From assembly GCA_964016885.1 (NCBI GenBank), contig OZ024742.1, forward strand, positions 115,134,001-115,198,000: DNA of 64,000 bases, given 5' to 3'. The translations under genes were made by a program, and so were the position numbers. The DNA comes from Eledone cirrhosa (taxonomy: Eukaryota). This document shows, piece after piece, positions 38,766-55,236 of this stretch. Positions within the stretch are counted from its first letter, which is position 1, and every line of letters starts with the position of its first letter. The notes beneath the pieces are model-generated. The model was not told the origin of the DNA. It made no database searches and was given only the letters and a program-made list of their open reading frames with translations.

Positions 38766-41494
38766 TTGCATTTATCTTGCTTTATGTTTATACGAGTTAT
38801 CACCAAGTCACAACCAGTGACCTCAAGAGACAACAAGGTCCGCCATGTTCAAGAAAGAACATACATATTCACACATGCATCCTTAGTGTTTAGACTTGTG
38901 ATGTACTTATATTGACAGGATCTTCCTTAGTATATGGGCAGTTCCCATTAGTACTATCTTTTGTATTTCTCCTATACGCGGGTTTCCTGGGATTTGCGAT
39001 AAGTAGTCGTTAGACCCCTTAGGTATCATTCCCAGAGCGCCTACAGCCACTGGTATTGTTTTAGTTCTCAATTTCCACATTTTTCCAATTTCTATCTCCA
39101 GGTCCTTATACTTGCTCAATTTTTCAAATGTTTTTATAGATACATTGTTGTCTATTGGAACAGACATATCAATTAGCAGGCATACCCTCCTTTGAAAGTC
39201 CTTCAATATTATATCAGGTCTATTTGCATCTATTTTTCGGTCTGTTTGGATGCTAAAGTTCCACAAGATTGAGATGTGATCTTTTTCAAGTATGGGAGGT
39301 GGTTGATGCTCCCACCAATTCTTTTGATGGGGCAGGTCAAAATGCTTACACATTATCCAATGTATGTATTGTGCAGCTCTGTCATGCCTGTTTAGGTATT
39401 CGGTTGGAGCTATAGGACTGCACATTGACATTATATGGTCAATGGTCTCTGGTTGTTTTTTGCATACACGGCATAATGGGCTGCACCCATTTTTTATTAT
39501 GTTGGCTTGGTAATTTTTTGTTGGCAGACACTGATCTTGTGCCGATATAATCAGTCCTTCAGTCTCCGATTTCAGTCCAGAGGATGCCAACCACTGATGG
39601 GTTAAAGTTTTGTCAACATCAGGATTGCTAGCTCGCTCTGGGTATTTTCCATACAGAGGCTTTTCTTGCCATTTCTTAGCCAGTTTCTGTAGCAGTTCTT
39701 TCTTTGCAGTTACTCTTCCCTGCTTTGCTTTTTCTGTGTTTTCCATTTCAGCAGTAAATGGGACTTCTGAAATTTGTAGTCCATTACTGTATCTTTGTGC
39801 ATCTTTTGTAATGGAATATGATCTTTTGGTGCTTTCGTGTTTCAAAAAGAGTTTGATCATCCAATCATGTGATTCCCTTAGATATGTGGATAATCCAATT
39901 GTTGCAGTTTTCAACGCAATGTCTAACTGGATTAACCCACGTCCTCCCTCCTTCCTAGGGAGATATATTCTATCTATGTCTGCCTTAGGGTGATGCATTC
40001 TGTGCATGATTAAGAATTTTCGGATTTTTGTATCGAGCCTACGGATCTCTGTGCTTGACCAGTTGATGACATTGTAACTGTAGGTTACTACTGGTATGGC
40101 AAGCGTGTTTATGGCATCGATCCTATTCCTTGCATTCAATTCCGTTCTTAAGATTGCTCTGACTCTGCGGTAACATTCCTTCCTTATCCTTTCCCTCATT
40201 GTCGAGTGCTTGATTCCGTCTCCTTCACAAACACCTAGATATTTGTAAGTTTTTTCTTGATCAAGCTCTCTTATCACGTTCCCCCGATCAAGATTAATGT
40301 CTGAACTCTTCAGCAGCTTTCCTCTGGTGAACGTTGCTTTGGCGCATTTATCCAGTCCAAACTCCATTTTAATGTCATCACTGAACTGCTTCACAGTGGA
40401 TAATAGCCCTTGCAATTGTTCATCATTTTTTGCAAATAGTTTCAGGTCATCCATGTAGAACAGGTGATTAATGGTTTTGTCATTGACTCTATATCCATGT
40501 TTTGTTTCATTGAGCATTTTACTTAATGGTATAAGCGCGATGCAGAATAAAAGCGGTGATAAAGAGTCACCCTGAAAAATTCCACAATTAATGTTAACTT
40601 CTCCAGCTTCCAGTGATTTTGTTTCGCTATTCAAAAGGAGTGTCGTTCTCCATGTCCTCATACTGAATGACAAAAACCTCCTGACAACGGGGGATATTTT
40701 GAAAATCTCTAAACATTTTTCAATCCAACTGTGTGGCAAACTATCGAATGCTTTTTTTAAAATCTATCCAAGCGATCGACAGATTTTTGTGTCTATTATG
40801 ACAATCTTCCAGTATCATTTTGTTAACCAGAAGCTGATCCTTACAGCCATATGAGCCTCGTTTACACCCTTTCTGCTCAATGGGAAATAGGTCATTTGTT
40901 ATCAGGTGGTCATATGTGTATTCAGTTAGGACTGATGTTAACATTTTATACATTGTGGTCAAGCAGGTTATCGGTCTGTAATTTTGGGGATTGTTTGTCT
41001 CATCATTCTTCGGTAGCAGGAATGTAATGCCGTTAACTAGCCATGATGGTATCTTTTCTGGCTCCTTAACTATTTCATTGTAAAGTTGGGCTAACAGCTC
41101 ATGAGACTCTGTGAAGGCATTTATCCAAAAGTTTTGTATTTTGTCTTTTCCTGGGGATTTCCATTTGCTGGTTTTTCTTAGAGCCAAGCGCAGCTGTTCA
41201 ACTGTTATATTTTCCCATGTTTGTTCTTCAAGGTGAGCTGTTTCTTTCATTTGTCTGTCTATCTATGGGGCATGTATGTTATGAATTTTTTCTTCGGCCC
41301 AGATCTTTTCCCAGAATTCTTGCACTTCCTCCTTGGGTGGTATTGATTTAGCAGTTATTGTTGACTTACCAATTTTTCTGTAGAAGTTTCTTTGGTTGTT
41401 TTTGAACATATTATTGTCCTTATAGAATCTAGATCGTTTTTCAAAGCGCCTTATACGAGCAGCTTTGGCCGACACTTTTTGCTTGATTGTTTCT
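38766..41494 (-). mobile_element. 5'-truncated R4/Dong family A copy
   Basis: ORFs 41263-41475, 40741-41250 and 38907-40739; 3'UTR matches 22003-22135. Confidence 0.95.
38907..40739 (-). CDS. RT-thumb-CCHC-RLE portion of the R4/Dong ORF (610 aa open)
   Basis: GIFQGDSLSP, FYMDD, YKYLG, CRVC..ETIDHI..C, RHD, RPDI, IDMSVP, EKLSKY; one frameshift upstream near 40740. Confidence 0.88.
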   Translation of the reverse strand: MPHSWIEKCLEIFKISPVVRRFLSFSMRTWRTTLLLNSETKSLEAGEVNINCGIFQGDSLSPLLFCIALIPLSKMLNETKHGYRVNDKTINHLFYMDDLKLFAKNDEQLQGLLSTVKQFSDDIKMEFGLDKCAKATFTRGKLLKSSDINLDRGNVIRELDQEKTYKYLGVCEGDGIKHSTMRERIRKECYRRVRAILRTELNARNRIDAINTLAIPVVTYSYNVINWSSTEIRRLDTKIRKFLIMHRMHHPKADIDRIYLPRKEGGRGLIQLDIALKTATIGLSTYLRESHDWMIKLFLKHESTKRSYSITKDAQRYSNGLQISEVPFTAEMENTEKAKQGRVTAKKELLQKLAKKWQEKPLYGKYPERASNPDVDKTLTHQWLASSGLKSETEGLIISAQDQCLPTKNYQANIIKNGCSPLCRVCKKQPETIDHIMSMCSPIAPTEYLNRHDRAAQYIHWIMCKHFDLPHQKNWWEHQPPPILEKDHISILWNFSIQTDRKIDANRPDIILKDFQRRVCLLIDMSVPIDNNVSIKTFEKLSKYKDLEIEIGKMWKLRTKTIPVAVGALGMIPKGSNDYLSQIPGNPRIGEIQKIVLMGTAHILRKILSI

Positions 41495-41506
41495 TATTAT
41501 TATTAT

Positions 41507-44550
<3,044 letters not shown>

Positions 44551-44585
44551 TTATTATTATAATTATTATTATTATTGTTGTTATT

Positions 44586-47500
44586 CCTTGAATCTCAGTC
44601 ATTGATGTTGGCTAACTGGAAAGTCCGTTGGATTGAATATCAAGCCACTACCTGCAGCCTCAGATATTCAGGACGTATCGGAGGGTTCTTGCTGTTCCAA
44701 GCAAGCATTCCAAAAAGCGTGAAGAGGCCGATTTTCTTTTACCATCCCTGGAAACTTTTGGAGATAGTCCACAGTGCGCCTATGACAATCGGGATCACTT
44801 TCACTTCATGGCAGTTCCAAATCCTTTTCACCTCCCACTTTAGGTCCTGGTATCGGTTAATTTTCTCCCTCTCCTTCTCTTGCACTCTCGTGTCGAACGG
44901 GCAGGCCACATCCACAATCAGACACGATCTTTTTTCTTTGTCCACAACCACCAGGTCAGGTCTATTGTGTTCCAGTTTGTTGTCCGTCTGTATCCTAAAA
45001 TCCCACAGCACCTTCACCTGATTGTTCTCCATCACGGCCTCTGGCCTATGCTCATACCATTTCTCAGAATGTGGTAAATTGTTTACTTTGCACAGGTGCC
45101 AGTGGATCACCCTGCCCATCACATCGTGTCTCCAGCCCTTATAGTGGGTCTGGGCTAGGTGTTTACACTCGGACACAATGTGAGCCACAATCTCCTCTCT
45201 CTCTCCACAGATCCTGCACAGTGGGCTAGCCTCCTCCTTGTAAATATGGTGCTTCAACCACTTCGTTTTGAGGGCCTGCTCCTGTGCAGCCATTAGCATT
45301 CCTTTTGTAGCCTTTTTGAGGTCTCCTCTTCTCAACCAGTTCCATGTCTGTGGATCTCTAAATTCAGTTTTCTCAAAGAAGGTACTATGAAGGGATTTTC
45401 CCTTAAGGCTGCTCTTCCTCCTTGATGTTATTTCCTCCTTGGACATCCCCTGGCCTACTGTCCCCTCCTTCAGTACAGTTCTGAGCATTGGCTCCTTACT
45501 ATAGGTCACGTAATTGTATAGGTTGTTTTTCTCCATCTGAACACAGTCCTCTATGCTGATAAGACCTCTTCCACCCTCAGATCTCCTTAGGTAGAGTCTA
45601 TCGACATCACTCCTCTTGTGGAACATGTTGTAGATAGTCAATAGCTTCCTAGTCTTCCTATCCATTTCTTTTTGTTCAGCAACATTCCATCTCAGAATTA
45701 CCGCACTGTACCTAATAATAGACACAGCTCGGGAATTTACTGCGCTTATGGGATTTCTGCTGTTCAGATGTGACTTCAATACGCTCCTTACTCTCCGAAT
45801 GTATTCAGTTCTTAACAATTCCTTCATTTTTTTGTTCTTTATGCCATCAGCCTCCAGAACGCCCAAATACTTGTATCCTTCCTCAGAGTCAATTTCCTTT
45901 ATCATCTCACCTGTTGGTATCTGGATCCCGTTACTTCTGCTCAACCTACCCCTCCTCATCACAATGACTCCACATTTACCAATACCAAACTGCATACATA
46001 TATCACTGCTGAAAATACGGACAGTGTCAACAAGCACATCCAACTCCTTCTCACTTTTCCCGAAGAGCTTAAGATCGTCCATGAAGAGGAGGTGATTGAT
46101 GGTAAGTTCTCCCTTTCCCCAGTTGTATCCTTCTCTCACTTTTCGCAGCATAATGGTCAAGGGCATCAGGGCAAGGACAAACAACAGAGGGGACAGGCTA
46201 TCTCCCTGGAAGACACCTCTCTTGATCTTCACGCTTCCCAAGGATACTCCAGTTGATGTCAACTCTGTCTCCCAGGACCCATACTCCTGCCTAGCAACTG
46301 TCTGATGTTATCTGCCACCCTGAAGATCTCCAGGCTTTTGGTGATCCAAGAATGAGGCACCATGTCAAATGCCTTTCTGTAGTCTATCCATCCCATGGCA
46401 AGATCAGTGTGTCTCCTCCTGCAATTCCCCATTACCATCTTATCAATAAGTAACTGGTCCTTTGTACCACGTGACTTCTTTCGGCATCTTTTCTGTTCGT
46501 CCGGTAACAATTTGTTTGTGTGGGGTTGATGGTAGATTTCCTCAGACACAATGCCCGTCAACAGTTTCCACATTACGGACAGACATGTGATAGGTCTATA
46601 GTTGGTAACATCATTGCCCTTGATTCGGTCTTTCATTATCAGGACTGTGGTACCTTTTGTCAACCACTCTGGCACCTCACCCGACACCAAGCAGTCATTG
46701 AACATGGCCGTCAGCTTCGGGTGGAGGGATGTTAAATGTTTAATCCAATACCCCTGCACACCATCTGGGCCTGGTGATTTCCAGTTGGTTAGTTTTTTGG
46801 CTTGCCCCTTAAGAGTTTCAACTGTGATACTCAAATCAGTTTGTTGTTGTGCCTGCTCACCGATCTCCCTCTGTACTGTCTCAATCCACCCTGCCTGGAC
46901 ATTATGTCTAACATCCTGCTCCCATATTCCTCTCCAGAATGTTTTAGTTTGCTTCGCCCCAGGGATCAAGTCGTTGCCTCTTTCTTTCCCCTCAAGCTGT
47001 CCAAACAGCATCTTCTGGTTGTTGTCGAACATGCGGTTCTGTTTATACTGACTGACTCTGTTCTCGTATCGCCTGATGTTTGCACTCTTTGCTACAATGC
47101 GTTGCTTCAGTTCCTCTATGATAATATTTAGCTTTTTCCTCCTAGTTTTGTATTTTATTTCCAGTCTATTTTTAGTGCCTATGTTTTTTAGTGTCCCATT
47201 CAGTAGTGACTCAAGCTTTCCTATGTCATTTCTCATTTCCCCGATTTGCCCACTCAGTCGCTTCTTCCACCACGGCTCTGCTCTTTCTTGTCTGTTGTTT
47301 CCTCTCGCCTTTATACCAAGTAGTTTCCTCACCGTATTTGCTGTTGCTTTGAGGATATTGTTGCACTGGTGAAGGTTCCTCGCCTCAAGGTATGGGATGA
47401 CTTTGTTTACCTTAGCTGTTGTTTCTTTTAACTTTTTCCTGTCTACAAATCTTAGGTTCATAGGTCTCCCACTATCATTGTTCAATTCATCTACCATTAA

Positions 47501-49125
47501 ATTTAGGATGTCAACCGAATCTTGTCCTAGCCCGTCAGCATTCATCTCCTCAGTGGCCGTATCTCTGTTCCAGGTATTATTTATCTCAGTATTCAGATCA
47601 TTGTCTGCTTCGGGTGGTTCCTCCGTTCTCAGGACCTCTTCACCTTTATTTCCCACTGGCTCGCTGGTCTGGCATACTACACCCGCCATCTCCAAGCCAT
47701 TCTCTCTGCTCAGTTCCTCCAGTTCCAGCTCGCTTATCTACCCATTAGTTCTTATTACCCGAGCCTGCCCGGTCAATTTTTGTTCATCTAATTTAAATAA
47801 ACCAATCTCGTTCCAGATGTTATGCATCCGTCTCCTGTAGCCCCTCTCCTTGGGGTTACTTTTCAGGTAACATTGCATAACAGTTCTATTCAATACTTTC
47901 GTCCAGTTGGTTCTGGCCCCTTTCCTTCTTCTCCTTCCTCCAACATCAGCAGTATTTGGTTGACAGTCAGGTTCCTGCTGCTGAGCCAGGGGGCACCTGT
48001 TGGGTGAGAGTCTGTCACATGACGTTCTAGTCTCCATTTCACCGTTATTCGAACTGTTTATGTTCGATATTTAAACACTCTTATCGAGGATTGGCGAATG
48101 TATGGTTACATAGCCATCTGTGGATCCGCCATTCCACTTGGCCCTTGTGTGGCATTATCACCACGCTGTATACGAACACACATAAACAAACAAACACACA
48201 GGCAGAAAGGGCCCCAAAAATGAATAAGCATAATTTTCACTGTAATGTAGTGTTCGAATGTCTGACTTAGTTTTTGTTTTTTAAGTTTTAGTTTCTCCCC
48301 CCTCTTCTCTGTCCGTCCGCCTGCTTCTCTCTTCATTCTTATTTTCTTTACGTTTTGGGTTTTTTTTTTTTTTTTTTTTTTCTGTTTGTTTTTCTCGTTT
48401 TTTGCTGTTGTTGCTGTGCTGCTTTGGTTTTGTTGTTTTTTTTTTCTTTTTTCTTTTCTCTTTTTTCTTTTTTCTTTTTTCTTTTGAGTCTATCTATATA
48501 TTTTGATGCCTTCCTTTTTTTTAGCAGTAGGGATTCTATAATGTGGTGGCAGCAGCCAGCTTGGAAAGTGGGCGACTGGCGGCGGTAGCGATACTGAGAC
48601 AGTGAAGGTGGTGATGTCGATACCGAGGCAGTGGTGGCGGTGATGTGACCGTATTACTGTAGTGATGGTGCTGTAGCGGTGGTAGCAGTGGAGGAGTGAT
48701 GGCGGGGTGATGGGATAATTGTGGTAATGATGGCCGTAGTGAGCGGTGGTGGTGAAAATGCCGTTATCTGGCTGTTGTGTTTAGTGGACACAGGTGATGG
48801 GGTGGGTGGTGTATCTAGTTTCTGGTGTTGGTGAGTTTGGCTGTTCTATATAGTGTAGACAGAGGATAGGAGGGGGGGGGGTTCTTCTTCCATTTATAGC
48901 CATTTTCTTTTTTGGATATACAGTGTACAATACAAAGTTGAATATTTGAATATTTGAGCCTTATAACAATATATTTTGGGTCCGAATTTTTTTGGGCTCA
49001 AGCCGGGTGCTTTACGTAGCATTTGTACTAAGAGTTGTTATTTCACAAATGATTTAAATATGTTAAAAATTCAAAACTTACGCGAGCGGTTTCATGACCT
49101 CCGTCACCTCGTGCGTCTTCTTCCC
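44586..49125 (-). mobile_element. Full-length R4/Dong family B element
   Basis: ORFs 47738-48037 (RTNWT..GYRRRM..W), 46259-47695 and 44739-46262 (RT, CRIC..HIVSEC, RHD, RPD, EK..RY); 5'UTR to ~49125; flanked by (TAA)n. Confidence 0.95.
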
Positions 49126-49161
<36 letters not shown>

Positions 49162-49162
<1 letters not shown>

Positions 49163-52100
49163 GCACGAACATGTATGAAGACGTACAAGTCTGCGTGGGA
49201 AAAGGTTCGTAACATTAAGCTGTTTTAAAGAATCACTTTTTGTATTTTCTTGTCGTTATCGAATCATAAGGTACCCCCTTGATTCCAAGGAAGAGAGACC
49301 TCTCAATATTCGGGCATTAAGCCCGAATATTCAGATTTATTTTTAAAAACCTCGAAAAAAATCGCTTCCCCATAAAAAAAAATGGAAATGTTCGACCTTG
49401 AAATGGCAAACAACGTTCAGGTCAAAAGTTCAAATGCACCCACTGTAGATCTCACCAAAACAACGAAAGCTACAGACATGTCTGGCAACCATTCCACTGA
49501 ATGTGAAGGCAAAACACAAAAGCTACCATCACAACCGCTCCTTTCTGTAGAAGTATCATCTCAAAACGACAGTATCATCTCAAAACGACAGTATCATCTC
49601 AAAACGACATCACCACCACAACAACAACAACAACGACAATAACACCGACAGCTTCAATGTAAACACGGATGGCCGTGGCAAAAGCAACAATAAACAAAAC
49701 ACCAACAACAACACCAACAACATCAGCAAGAACGACAACACCAACAACATGAGCAACAGAGGCACCATCTTTGCTGCAACAGCAGCAAAAACAAAGCGCT
49801 TATTGAATATTGATATTAGCGACAAAGACGAACAGTTGGCTCAGGTTAATTAAACGGGAGAAATCCTTGGCAAACCTAACCATCCCGGACGAGACAATAG
49901 CGGCCATGCAAAGGGGGACAGTGTATTTCGATGTATTTCAGTGCAGACACGCAAAGTGGACTTGCCAGCCAAGCAGAGGTCGAAGCTGCTTTGGACTGCA
50001 TCATAAGTGACATAGAGTATAAAGCAAAGGCCAAACATTTCGGTACCATCTCGGTTCTGTTCAAAACCGAGGCCCTAGCTATTAAGCACTCGGTGACCCA
50101 CTTCAGAACGGAATGCATTATCATGCACCCGTCCTACATGGGTAAAAGGACAGTAAAAGTCCGCATTCCCAGCATCCCACCAGGAAGGAACTTATGGTGG
50201 CTCCTGGGATGCGTAATCGAGGTGGGACAGACACTGCCCTCCTGGACATCAAACGGACAGACAGAGACGACTGGTCCGGAATGGATTTGGAGATTCTCCT
50301 CCAAATGAAACCAGAGGACATGAACAACATCCCGGATTTTGCCCGACTGCGGGATGGGACAACAATCCAACTAATCACTGAGGGAAGAAGGCCGCACCGC
50401 TTCGTATACGGGGATGAAACGCTTCTGCACGCCTTCTGCCCTCAGCGCAAAAAATGCAGGGTTCGCAAACCTCCCTTGTTGCCAACGCCCGTGTCAGCAC
50501 GGAAAGCTGCACCGTCACCACCAAAAAGAACACCACCAAAGACACGGACACCAACATCAAAAACAGCTGGACTACTACCAACACCAAAACAAATCCAAGG
50601 GAAAAACAAGGAAAGCTCCCCACTGCCGCTTCCCCAGCAATTATACACATAGACAAAACAATAACGCACACACAGACGCAGACGCAGAGACACTCACTAC
50701 CACATACCCTTTGTCTTCCAGCAGCGAAGATGGAGGAAAACCCCAAAGTTCCAAAAAAACAAAGAAAACTCACCAAAAAAAGCCCCAACAAAACACAAAA
50801 ATATACACAACAAAAATACAGACACCACTAACGCAAACACTTCCCCAATAACATCGGCACCAACAGCAACATCGACACCATCCCCACAATCCCCGAAACG
50901 CAAATAACCTAAACAAACACAAGTACAAATAAACACATAAATACCTGAAATTGCAGACACCACACCTATAACAAACACAAACATATTCGAAACAACACCA
51001 CCAAAACCATCACCACCACAGTCACTAAAACGAAGACAAATAAACCTCACCAACAAAATGTTAAAAATTCTTGCTTGTCAGAAGGGCCAACGATAAAATG
51101 ATGGCCCTCTTAGCACAAAGCGAGGACATTAAAACGGAGGGGAAGATCTTTGAAATGAGCCCATTTTGCGTGCCAGAAGATTTGGTTCTGGTCCGAATGT
51201 CTCTCGATTCATTCAAAGAAATTCGAGAGAGCTTTCCTCAAGACGTGGGAACCCCGAATGTGAAACCCACATCGAGACTTTTAAAGGGGTTCCAAAACGA
51301 AACCCCACCAAAAATGGAAGTCGAACCACCCGTCATTCAAAAGACCCTGGGAGGTAAGTAAACCTTCCCTCTCTCTTTTAGCTTGCCAACATGCCCATAT
51401 TAAGAGTAGGAAGTTTAAATGTTCGCGGTATGGGGCCACCCTGGAAGCAGGGTCGCTTGCTCATCGACCTCAGGTCGCTGAAAATGGATGTGATTGCCGT
51501 CAGCGAGACCAGAATTTCCGACACGCGCCCATAAGAATCCATTTTCTACGACTATCATATCCACCCATCTGTTAGCAGGCCGGGAATGGGAGGTGGGGTG
51601 GCAGTGCTGTTTAGGAAAGGATTTGATCTCGAGGTGCGGTCGATCTTCCGGGACCCGGACGGTAATTTCGTGGTCTTGGATGTGACCAGTAGCGAAGGTG
51701 GTGCCTTTAGACTGCTGGCCATCTACGCCCCTACAGGGGCCGGACGTCCGGACTTATTTAGGCACCTGGAGACCTTTGTGGGTAGGTCTCGCATTCTACT
51801 GTTAGCGGGGACTTGAATAGCATATTAGACGCACGCTGGCATTGTGTGGGAGTAGCTGATAGGAGCGCGGGGTGCAAAAGCCTCAAGCACCTAATCAGCC
51901 AGTTCCAACTGTCTGACAGGTATCGACTAGATTTCCCCAATGCGCCAGTATGGACATGGACCAACCGCATGGGGTCATCTTCATTAGGAAAATAGATAGA
52001 AATAGTGTAAGCTGTCCACTTTTTAAAACAGTCGCCTATTCAGATCACAAATTTGTGATCTGCATGCTCGACACAGATAAAACGCGTAGGTTGGGATCGG

Positions 52101-55025
52101 GTTACTGGAAGCTGAACATGTCATTTCTGGCACGAAAGGCTTACAGGGACCGAGCCAACAATTTAGTTAAGCAAATGTTGACATGGGGTATAATAAACAA
52201 CAGATGGTGGGGTGGGGGGGCTCAAAGGAGAGATTAGAGTAACTTCGATAGAGCTCAGCAAAGAACTAGCGTTAGAGAAAAATAGAAAGGAGCGGGAGCT
52301 GGTAGATAAGATAGATGAGGCTATTTGTAGTGGCATTGCAACTGACGTGCTAGCGGCGAGAATGGCATTAGACCATTTCTTCAATGTGAAACACGAAGGT
52401 TGCATTGTCAGAGCTAAGGCGCCTGCGCTGAGAAACGAGGGAACCAAAGCTGTTCGATGGGCCCGCGTGGCGTAGGCGCAGCGTGGTAATAAAACCACAA
52501 TACGGTCTTTGGCGGACCGAAATGGACACGAGGAAAGCTATTCCAAGCGGATGTGTGAGGCTTTTCGCCAGCACATTGCGCGGTTGTTGTTGGGGGGGGG
52601 GGAGCCAGAGAGGGTAGCGGATTTCTGTCCCTACCTTGATAGCTTGCCGCGCATCTCGACGGTCGACGCTGAGTGCTGCGAAAGGCCGATTGCTTAAACC
52701 GAAATTCAGGATGCCCTTATCGGTTGTATGAGGCGCAGGTCATCCGATCTGGATGGCCTGCCCTACGAGCTTTACGTAAATATGCCAGATTTGTTCTTCG
52801 ATCACCTCGAAGCACTCTACTGCAACTCGCAGCAGAATGGGAGTATTCCCAGTTTTGTGAGCAAGGGAGTGGTGAGGCTTGTAAGGCAAGACGAGAACAA
52901 GTGGGATATATTAGACAACTTCAGGCCCATAACTCTGCTCAACACAAAGTTTAATATTTTGGCCAAGATGTTAGCAAAGTGATTGGCGCTTGTCGTCGAG
53001 CATTTGGTTGGGGAGGTGAAAACTTGCGCAATCCCATCCAGGTCCATACACGACAATCTCCACCTCATGCGAGGGTAGGATGTAAACCTGGCTTCGGTGG
53101 GGCAATAATCAATGTAGATCAATCGAAAGCATTCGATAGCGTCGACCATCGGTATATGGAGTTTGTCCTCAAAGCGGCTGGCTTCGGTCCTGTCTTCAGA
53201 AGCTGGATCGCTGCAATGCACAGCGACACACGCTCGGTGGTCAAGGTTAATGGCCGCCTCTGAGAACCATTTCGGCTCTCCCGATCGGTCTGCCAAGGGT
53301 GCCCTCTCTCTTCCCTTCTGTACGTATTGGCTCTCGAGCCTTTACTGCGAAGCTGGAGCTGTTGCAGGGCATCCCACTCGAACCGGGACGTGGAAGGGCG
53401 GTATCGGTTATGCGGACGACATCACCGTGATGGTGTCGGACACCTCAGAAATCGAGATGGTCATCACCTTATTGAAGGAATATGAAAGGTTGACAGGAGC
53501 CAAATTTAACCCGGAAAAGTCGGTGGGCTTGCAGCTGTGAACCTGGAGAGACAAGACTATGGCATCCAACACCGTCATGGGGCGCTGGACGGATGGACCG
53601 GTAAAGTTGCTCGGGGTTTGGTTCGGACCAGTCCTCCAGGTGGAAAAGAATTGGGACGAGGTAGTCTCACCCAAAAATTGGCTGGGAGGAAGCTATTGCT
53701 GAAAGGTCGCGTGGAGGTGCGAATGCGTACATCACGTCCATCATCTACTACTGCCTGACCGTTGTGCCTCGCCCCCGTCCGTGCCTCGATATGTTGGAAC
53801 GGCCCCTCTTGAAATTATTTTGGAGGGGACAAGTTCCGTTGGTGAGGCGGTCCATCTGCTGCCAACACTCTCTACGCGGAGGGCTGTGCATGCTGTGGCT
53901 AATGATGCGCAGACATGCGTTGAGGTTGCGACATCTCCAGATATTCTGCCTAAACGATGAACAGGTGTGGTCACCGTTTATCAAACGGGCCTTTCCGCAG
54001 CTCGTTTCTTTGACTGAGCTGCAGTCCAGATCAATAAGAGACTAAGACTGGGTGACTGGCACCTGGGATGTTGCCAGGGACTCACCGCCCTATACCAAGC
54101 GGGCAATGCGATCAGTGGAACTTCCACTCTCGAGTTCTATAGAGGATTAATGGTGGGCAAGTGCGATGACGCACTCCGAGAAGCTTTGCGCCTCGACGAA
54201 GTCGAACTGACCAGTCTGTACCGGAGGACTTTCGAGCCAGGGACGATGGAGAATTTCCAGAAATCCCTCGCTTGGCAGTGCTACCAGGGGACTCTGCCGG
54301 TTCGGGATAAACTCTACAGGCACGGAAGTGCTGTCATCGGACCTGCCCAAGATACGCACAGAACGACGAAACCGTTCTGCACGCACTTGTCCAATGTCCG
54401 TGCATTACTGACTTGTGGAGTTATGTCGAACAGCTACTGTCGCGTGTGGAACGAATCCGGCTATCGGCCGAGTCCATAGTGAAGATCGAACCGCCGCCTT
54501 CCTTAGATCAGGAAGAGCAGGACATTTTCCTCTCTCTGGTGACCGTTGGGAAAGAGGTTATATGGTGGACCAGATTAAAAGGACTGAAGACAGACAATTT
54601 TCTCTTCTGCTAATCCCTCATCAACTTCTACAAGTTTCACCTGGAAAGGAAGGTGAGGGTGGAGAGAGAAGCGCTACCCCCAGAACATTTACTAAAACGT
54701 GGAAGAATGTGGCGAGAATGGCCGTGTGAATGGGCCTACTCTGACCATGCGTCTATAGGCTAGCTAACCTGAGGAGAGAGGTGCTCTCCCTGGATGCCCC
54801 AGAAGCGCAGGGGGGTTCAGGATTGGTGGAGTACATGAGTCACCCCTGGGTCGTCCACCCCTTATAGTGGAATTTATATTATTATATTTATGCATAGTTT
54901 ATTTTAAATTTTGATATCTTCATTATTGAATTAGTTTTGCCATTGTGCACTTTTACTCGACCTGATTGTCCCTGTCTTTGTATTGTGCCATACATGTCGG
55001 CTCTTGTGGCTAATAAATGAAATCA
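49162..55025 (+). mobile_element. Tx1-like element copy 3, full length, divergent family, decayed (ORF1 49382-51361, ORF2 51391-~54758)
   Basis: SLNVRG, AIYAP, SDHK, WKLN, FRPITL, DQSKAFD, YADD, GGL, LAWQCY; ends gctcttgtggctaataaatgaaatca-TTA. Confidence 0.92.
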
Positions 55026-55030
55026 TTATT

Positions 55031-55136
55031 AAATCCTGCCGAGGTTGACTTTGCCTATCATCCTTACGGGGTCGATAAAATAAAGTAGCAGTAATGCACT
55101 GGGTAATTGCTGGCCTTGTGCCTAAAGTAGTAACAA
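55031..55136 (+). mobile_element. SINE 3' fragment
   Basis: Same core and tail as the other SINE copies. Confidence 0.85.
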
Positions 55137-55157
55137 TTATTATTATTATTATTGTTA

Positions 55158-55222
55158 TCAGGCGCATAGTCGGAATAGGCCCATTCACATGGGGTATTCT
55201 CGCCACATTCATCTACCTTTTA
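55158..55222 (-). mobile_element. Short inverted Tx1 ORF2-end fragment
   Basis: Reverse complement gaatgtggcgagaatacc..tgtgaatgggcctatt resembles 54705-54755. Confidence 0.6.
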
Positions 55223-55236
55223 GCAAATATACTAGA

